Positions 52,177-56,885 of a stretch of DNA of 56,885 bases are shown here, one piece after another. The position numbers and the translations under genes are program-made. Within the stretch, counting starts at the first letter, position 1. Every line of letters begins with the position of its first letter. This DNA comes from Candidatus Parcubacteria bacterium (GTDB lineage: Bacteria > Patescibacteriota > Minisyncoccia > Phycocordibacterales > PALSA-1337). The stretch covers positions 1 to 56,885 of the forward strand of contig JBEBAU010000021.1 in assembly GCA_041158765.1 (NCBI GenBank), written 5' to 3'. The notes beneath the pieces were generated by a model. It saw only the letters and a list, made by a program, of their open reading frames with translations, was not told where the DNA came from and searched no databases.

Positions 52177-53268
52177 TTAATTTCGGTGTCTAGACACATT
52201 CGCAATAAATCCAACTGCTGCAAGTGTAATAATAAGTGCGGTACCTCCATGACTTACGAACAATAACGGTTGTCCCGAAAGCGGCACAATACCAAGCATC
52301 GCACCAATATTCATGAAGGACTCTATAATAATAAGTATAGCAATACCAAGCACAGCGAGTCCACTGAACGAATCTGGTGATCGAGCTGAAATCTGAAAGG
52401 AACGAAATACAAAGAGAAGATACCCCAAAATGAGTATTATGCTTCCGAGGAAACCGAATTCTTCAGCCGCTACGGCAAAAATAGAGTCCCCAATTGGTTC
52501 TGGCAAATAATTAAATTTCTGAACACTTTGACCGAAACCACGGCCAAGCATTCCTCCAGATCCAATTGCAATCAACGACTGATTGACTTGATATCCCGCA
52601 CCGCGTACATCCGCCTGAGGGTTCAGGAATGTCATGATGCGCGCTCGAGCGTACGGTCGCGTTGCTGCAACTGAAGCAATTGCAATAAGACCAATTAGTA
52701 TGAGCAATATGATATGTTTCCATCGAGCACCCGCGGCAATGAGCATTGCGATACCTGCTCCGAGCATAACAATGAGCGCATCAGTATCACGTTGCCCGAG
52801 CATAATGCCACCAACAATTGCTGCAAGGAGAATATACGGGAGTATACCCATTTTGAAAGTGCGTATCTGATCTTTCACTCCTGATAGCCATGCAGCAAAA
52901 TAAATAATGAAAGCAATTTTCAAAAATTCTGAAGGTTGAAATGTAATAAAACCGAGATTAATCCAACGCGATGCGCCACCGTGATGTAGTGCCACCCCTG
53001 GTACAAATACGAGTAAGTTGAGTATCAAAACACCAATAAAAATATAAAAAGAGTATTTTCTCCATAAGGTATACGGAATTTTTGACATTACAAGGAACAG
53101 AACCGCACCAATCATGAGTCCGAGAAACTGATACGTTGTTACTGATTCATATACTGCCCCCTGTCGAGCAAGCAGACCAAGAGATGCTGAACTAAAAATA
53201 ACAAAACCACCTATCGTAAGGAATAGTATTGATGCCAAAAATGGCTTATCAATTGTTCTGAGCCTCAT
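52177..53268 (-). CDS. ftsW: SEDS-family peptidoglycan glycosyltransferase (FtsW/RodA)
   Basis: About 10 TM segments. RWINLGFITFQPSEFLKIAFIIYFA is a SEDS signature. murG context favours ftsW. Confidence 0.88.
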   Translation of the reverse strand: MRLRTIDKPFLASILFLTIGGFVIFSSASLGLLARQGAVYESVTTYQFLGLMIGAVLFLVMSKIPYTLWRKYSFYIFIGVLILNLLVFVPGVALHHGGASRWINLGFITFQPSEFLKIAFIIYFAAWLSGVKDQIRTFKMGILPYILLAAIVGGIMLGQRDTDALIVMLGAGIAMLIAAGARWKHIILLILIGLIAIASVAATRPYARARIMTFLNPQADVRGAGYQVNQSLIAIGSGGMLGRGFGQSVQKFNYLPEPIGDSIFAVAAEEFGFLGSIILILGYLLFVFRSFQISARSPDSFSGLAVLGIAILIIIESFMNIGAMLGIVPLSGQPLLFVSHGGTALIITLAAVGFIANVSRHRN

Positions 53269-53863
53269 TGCTTTTATCTATTGCTCCAGTCTCATCTTGT
53301 GTTGCTGTTTTGAAATTAGTGATTTCATTCCGTACGGTAGTGTATTCAGGCATTTCGTCGACCTTAGTAATGCCGAGATGCGCTATGAGTTCGAGTGTTG
53401 GAGCATAGAGGAATGAACGCTGGTCCTTTGGATTTTCACGTCGCTCAATGAGACCACGAACAAGGAGATTACGAATAATAAATTGCGAATTAACTCCACG
53501 AATATAATCAACTTCAGCACGAGTAATTGGTCCTTGATAGATAATAATTGAAAGGGTTTCAAGTCCGGCTTTGCCGAGATCACGCATGAGCTCGTCTTTT
53601 GTAAGCTGCTCAATGAGACCTGAGAGAGCTGTTGCAGTACCGAGTGTTACTTCATCATTGGCTTCGATCACCGTAATACCTCGGTTGTTTGTGATAAGTG
53701 ATGCTTTGAGTTCAGCAATAGCTTCACGAATTTTTTCTTCAGAAGTAGCACAAAGTGAAGCGAGCTTTTTTATTGAAATAGGTTCAGCCTTCCAAAACAA
53801 AATCGCCTCTATCTGTGCTGAAAGTGTTGCCTGTACTGATGTTGAAGCTGTTATTGGATTCAT
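53249..53863 (-). CDS. scpB: segregation and condensation protein B
   Basis: Tandem winged-helix pattern: IEAILFWKAEPISIKKLA... and LETLSIIIYQGPITRAEVDYIRGV. Confidence 0.88.
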   Translation of the reverse strand: MNPITASTSVQATLSAQIEAILFWKAEPISIKKLASLCATSEEKIREAIAELKASLITNNRGITVIEANDEVTLGTATALSGLIEQLTKDELMRDLGKAGLETLSIIIYQGPITRAEVDYIRGVNSQFIIRNLLVRGLIERRENPKDQRSFLYAPTLELIAHLGITKVDEMPEYTTVRNEITNFKTATQDETGAIDKSNEAQNN

Positions 53864-53872
53864 AACTATATA

Positions 53873-54598
53873 TTAAGTATACCTTGGAACACCAACTTCG
53901 CCTGTTTCCATGTGAATATCACCAAACGACCCTTCTTGATTCACCTGAATGACTCCCTGCTTCACAAGTTCGAGCATAGCGAGGAAGCTCACAATAACAT
54001 TCACCTTCTCTTCTTTGTGTGCTTTTGTAAATTCACGGAAACTCATACGGAGACCCGCAGTCACACGCTCTGTAAGTGAGACAATTACTTCTTCGAGATT
54101 GAGGACTTTTCGAATGACAGCCTTCGGTATCACCTCCTTTTTTGGAAGGTTACGAATAATATCGCGAATAGCATGGAGGAGGCTAGCTGAAGTCATTGAA
54201 GGATGTGGAGAAAACACAACGGTAGCTGGTCGAGCTTGTGTGGGAGTATAGATAACAGATTCACCGTACATACGCTTCACGTGTACGCTCATGTCTTTCA
54301 TTCGCTGATAGATTTTCAGTCGAGTTTCAAGATCTTGTATTCCCTGCTGCTCATCTTCAGTGAGAGTAAGAGCTGGCAAAAGTGATTTGGACTTAATAAG
54401 TAGTAGTGTAGAGGCAATGAGAATGAAATTCGCTGAATCCTCAATAGGAAAATGCCCGAGCTGCTTCACATGCTCAACATAATCGTCTGCCACCTTCGAC
54501 AAAGCAATATCGTTGATGAACAGTTTGCGTTTTTCAACAAGAGAAAGAAGCAAATCGAGAGGTCCTTCGAAAACCTGCGTTTTTATCGTAAACGACAT
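53873..54598 (-). CDS. scpA: segregation and condensation protein A
   Basis: FEGPLDLLLSLVEKRKLFINDIALSKVADDY N-terminus. C-terminal winged helix. Confidence 0.88.
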   Translation of the reverse strand: MSFTIKTQVFEGPLDLLLSLVEKRKLFINDIALSKVADDYVEHVKQLGHFPIEDSANFILIASTLLLIKSKSLLPALTLTEDEQQGIQDLETRLKIYQRMKDMSVHVKRMYGESVIYTPTQARPATVVFSPHPSMTSASLLHAIRDIIRNLPKKEVIPKAVIRKVLNLEEVIVSLTERVTAGLRMSFREFTKAHKEEKVNVIVSFLAMLELVKQGVIQVNQEGSFGDIHMETGEVGVPRYT

Positions 54599-54647
54599 GC
54601 ATATAGTATAACAGATTTTCGCAGTTTTTTGGCTAATTTATGCCGGT

Positions 54648-54962
54648 TTATGCGACCTTTCTTTCGAGACGAGTTATCCTTACTTCGTGATTAGAGAGTT
54701 TTTTATTAATTGATGAAATTTCAGTCTTAATTATGGCGATATCAGATCGAATTGGCCTCAATTCATCGTGTAGCTCCTCACGAACAATATCTCTAACCTC
54801 AGAGCGTGTTGGGAATTGTTCGGTCATAGCCTTCAAATCGTTTTGAAACTTTTCAATTATGATATCCCTATCATGTGCCATTTCAGCATGAAAAATAACC
54901 CGCTGCTTCTCTATCGCTTGATCAATATATTCTGAAATCTCTGGTGGTATAGCTCTTTTCAT
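54648..54962 (-). CDS. hypothetical small coiled-coil protein (104 aa)
   Basis: Charged helical sequence ending ...IKTEISSINKKLSNHEVRITRLERKVA. No family recognised. Confidence 0.5.
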   Translation of the reverse strand: MKRAIPPEISEYIDQAIEKQRVIFHAEMAHDRDIIIEKFQNDLKAMTEQFPTRSEVRDIVREELHDELRPIRSDIAIIKTEISSINKKLSNHEVRITRLERKVA

Positions 54963-55061
54963 AAAAAATAGTATTTTTATTAATATAATAATAAAAAAAG
55001 TATACAGAGCAGAGATAAAATCTTAATAAAATTAAGATAAAAAAATCTAGTTCACCATAGA

Positions 55062-56036
55062 TTAAGCAGAAACGCCAATAGCTTTTTTGACCTCAGCGAG
55101 CTTCTTATCCGCTTGAAGACGAGCACGAGCCGCACCATCAGAGAGAATTTGCATAATAGCATCTGTATCCTGTGCAAGAAGTGCACGCTTTTCACGCATA
55201 GGCTTTATGAAAACTTCAAGATCTGCAATAAGCGCTTCTTTGAGAGCTTTATACTTACCCTTATTAGCATCGTATAGTGGCGCAAGCTCAGCTGGAGTTT
55301 TGATAAGTGAGTGAATTGCGTATACATTCTTCGGTATTCCCCCCTCTTCTGGTCCACCTGAATCAGTGACAATACCCATCACGGCTTTCTTGATTTCTTC
55401 ATGTGTTGCGAATAGTGGAATGGTATTGCCATAGCTCTTACTCATCTTCTGTCCATCAATACCAGGGACTACAGCCACTTCTTTCATAATAAGAGGTTCT
55501 GGCAACTTAAATGTTTCAGTCTTGAAAATGTGATTGAACTTCTGTGCAGTATCACGAGAATATTCAACATGTTGCTTCTGATCTTGTCCTACCGGTACAA
55601 TATCTGTGTCATAGAGAAGAATATCTGCAGCCATAAGCATTGGATAATTGAAAGTACCAACACTAATCTCTTTGCTCTTCGCTTCAGCATCCTTGTATGC
55701 ATGTGCACGCATAAGGTATGGCATTGTAGTAATCGTATCGAAAATCCATGCAAGTTCAGTATGAGCCGATACATCTGACTGTTTGAAAATCACTGATTGC
55801 TTCGGATCAATACCTATAGCGAGATAATCGAGAGCGAGATCAACAATATTGTCTCGCATTTCTTGTCCGTTCTGGATGAAATTGAGACCGTGATAATCCG
55901 CAATCATAAAAAACTTATCAGCGTTTTTTGTATCAGGAGCATTCTGCAAATCCACAAATTGCTTCATGGCACCAAAATAATTGCCGATATGAGGTCGTCC
56001 TGTTGGTTTAACACCGGAAAGTAAGATTTTTGACAT
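55062..56036 (-). CDS. trpS: tryptophan--tRNA ligase
   Basis: GVKPTGRPHIGNY (HIGH region), KMSKS, and a length typical for bacterial TrpRS. Confidence 0.95.
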   Translation of the reverse strand: MSKILLSGVKPTGRPHIGNYFGAMKQFVDLQNAPDTKNADKFFMIADYHGLNFIQNGQEMRDNIVDLALDYLAIGIDPKQSVIFKQSDVSAHTELAWIFDTITTMPYLMRAHAYKDAEAKSKEISVGTFNYPMLMAADILLYDTDIVPVGQDQKQHVEYSRDTAQKFNHIFKTETFKLPEPLIMKEVAVVPGIDGQKMSKSYGNTIPLFATHEEIKKAVMGIVTDSGGPEEGGIPKNVYAIHSLIKTPAELAPLYDANKGKYKALKEALIADLEVFIKPMREKRALLAQDTDAIMQILSDGAARARLQADKKLAEVKKAIGVSA

Positions 56037-56093
56037 ACGAATATAGTAGCAAATTCTACAGGTAAAACAACGCCGCGCCGACTGTCGGCGCGG

Positions 56094-56675
56094 CTATACA
56101 AAACTCGCTAATTTCACAATAAGGTAAATTCCGAGCACATTCATAACGAATGAAATCGGCATAAGTACCGCTGTTCTAACGCGTGACATGCCCATAAGTG
56201 AAATACCGAGCTCGTCAGGTAATGGTGAAGCAATGATCAATGCACCGAGTACTGGAGATAGCCATTTGAGAAAACCGAAGTGAAATGTGTGGAGAATACG
56301 AGCTGCAAGTCTCTTCTTGAATACATGTCGAATATCGTCGAGGAAACGATCCCGTATGAAAAAGAATAGGATCAAATCACCGCACATTGCTCCAAGCCCA
56401 CCCCAAAAAGCAACCCACGGAAATGGTGCATGCTCAGCGATTTTGACTAGAGCAATAGATGCTGGAGCAAGTGAAAATACCGAGGTGAAAAAGATTCCAG
56501 CAATAAAAGCAGCGATCATGTAATAATCTCGAACAAGACCGATGGCCATATCAAGTAATCCGGTCTTCACGAATACCATTGCTATTGCTATACCCAAAAT
56601 AATAAACAAAACATCATGAATAAGCGCATTACGATAATGCTTTTTTGTTGGAGTCATTCGATCACTATATGACAT
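56094..56675 (-). CDS. hypothetical integral membrane protein (about 5 TM)
   Basis: Multiple hydrophobic segments. Loosely DedA/VTT-like. Not confidently assignable. Confidence 0.55.
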   Translation of the reverse strand: MSYSDRMTPTKKHYRNALIHDVLFIILGIAIAMVFVKTGLLDMAIGLVRDYYMIAAFIAGIFFTSVFSLAPASIALVKIAEHAPFPWVAFWGGLGAMCGDLILFFFIRDRFLDDIRHVFKKRLAARILHTFHFGFLKWLSPVLGALIIASPLPDELGISLMGMSRVRTAVLMPISFVMNVLGIYLIVKLASFV

Positions 56676-56699
56676 ACGTAAGTATTATAGCAAAACTTC

Positions 56700-56885
56700 T
56701 TACATTCCCTCTTTTTTCAATTCTTCAATAAGTTTTGCTGCATTTTTTGAAATCTTTTTTGGCATATCAACATGGGTGATGATAAGAATATCTCCTCTTC
56801 GTCCATCAACACCTCGTTCAGTCATTGGCACGCCTTTCCCTTTCACTCGAAGGATTTCACCATGAGTTGTGCCTGCAGGAACCTT
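56700..56885 (-). CDS. dnaJ: chaperone DnaJ, C-terminal fragment (gene continues beyond the right edge)
   Basis: The minus-strand frame is open from the window edge: KVPAGTTHGEILRVKGKGVPMTERGVDGRRGDILIITHVDMPKKISKNAAKLIEELKKEGM*, matching the DnaJ C-terminal domain II/dimerisation pattern. Absent from the ORF track because it has no start in the window. Confidence 0.75.
   Translation of the reverse strand, partial: KVPAGTTHGEILRVKGKGVPMTERGVDGRRGDILIITHVDMPKKISKNAAKLIEELKKEGM

Noticed and set aside
1-56885. Alternative genetic code (UGA recoding, as in some candidate phyla).
   Set aside because: All conserved genes are full length under the standard code. TGA also serves as a genuine stop at gene ends that match homologue lengths (e.g. 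tkt-C at 15385-15387, the 61-aa ORF at 11034-11036).
1-56885. CRISPR arrays, rRNA/tRNA genes, transposases, integrases, toxin-antitoxin pairs and recognisable defence systems.
   Set aside because: None could be supported. The only repeated element (GGAAAWWTTCGGACAACTGA inverted repeats) is dispersed, not arrayed with regular spacers, and no cas-like, recombinase-like or nuclease/ATPase defence-like ORFs were recognised.

Overview
This is a 56.9-kb, densely coding, low-GC bacterial window. Hand counts on sampled 60-nt lines give roughly 32-45% G+C in the backbone. Gene content and style suggest a reduced-genome Patescibacteria/CPR-like organism, which is an inference only. Housekeeping content: five aminoacyl-tRNA synthetases (valS, leuS, cysS, gltX, trpS); gap; a non-oxidative pentose-phosphate operon (rpiB-rpe-split transketolase); dnaB-recR and rmuC; scpA-scpB-ftsW-murG; ribosomal proteins L21, L9 and L27; a heterodimeric ABC exporter pair; ZIP and CorA-like transporters; several cell-wall enzymes (VanY-like, M23, S41 protease, lytic transglycosylase); a 1233-aa surface protein; and a partial dnaJ at the right edge. 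I recognised no rRNA, tRNA, CRISPR array, transposase or integrase. Observations worth a second look: (1) leuS carries a ~160-aa insertion with a perfect Nudix box just after the CP1 editing domain. (2) The 3' end of gap is present in two clear copies, possibly three, separated by tiny membrane-protein ORFs, as if serial insertions had occurred at this gene end. (3) A ~20-bp inverted repeat (GGAAAWWTTCGGACAACTGA) occurs three times with 7-24-bp spacers, plus degenerate half copies. (4) Most native genes have a TGnTATAAT-type -10 box only 5-11 nt upstream of the start codon and no Shine-Dalgarno, so they look leaderless, and several divergent gene pairs share overlapping -10 boxes. (5) Several GC-richer orphan islands stand apart: some carry AGGAG Shine-Dalgarno sites, and one encodes two divergent proteins with DnaA-domain-IV-like HTH modules. 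(6) A SWIB-domain gene is followed in frame, one TAA away, by a 41-codon highly basic ORF. (7) A Zur-box-like 10-1-10 palindrome lies upstream of the ZIP transporter. All functional calls rest on motif recognition by eye; no database search was run.
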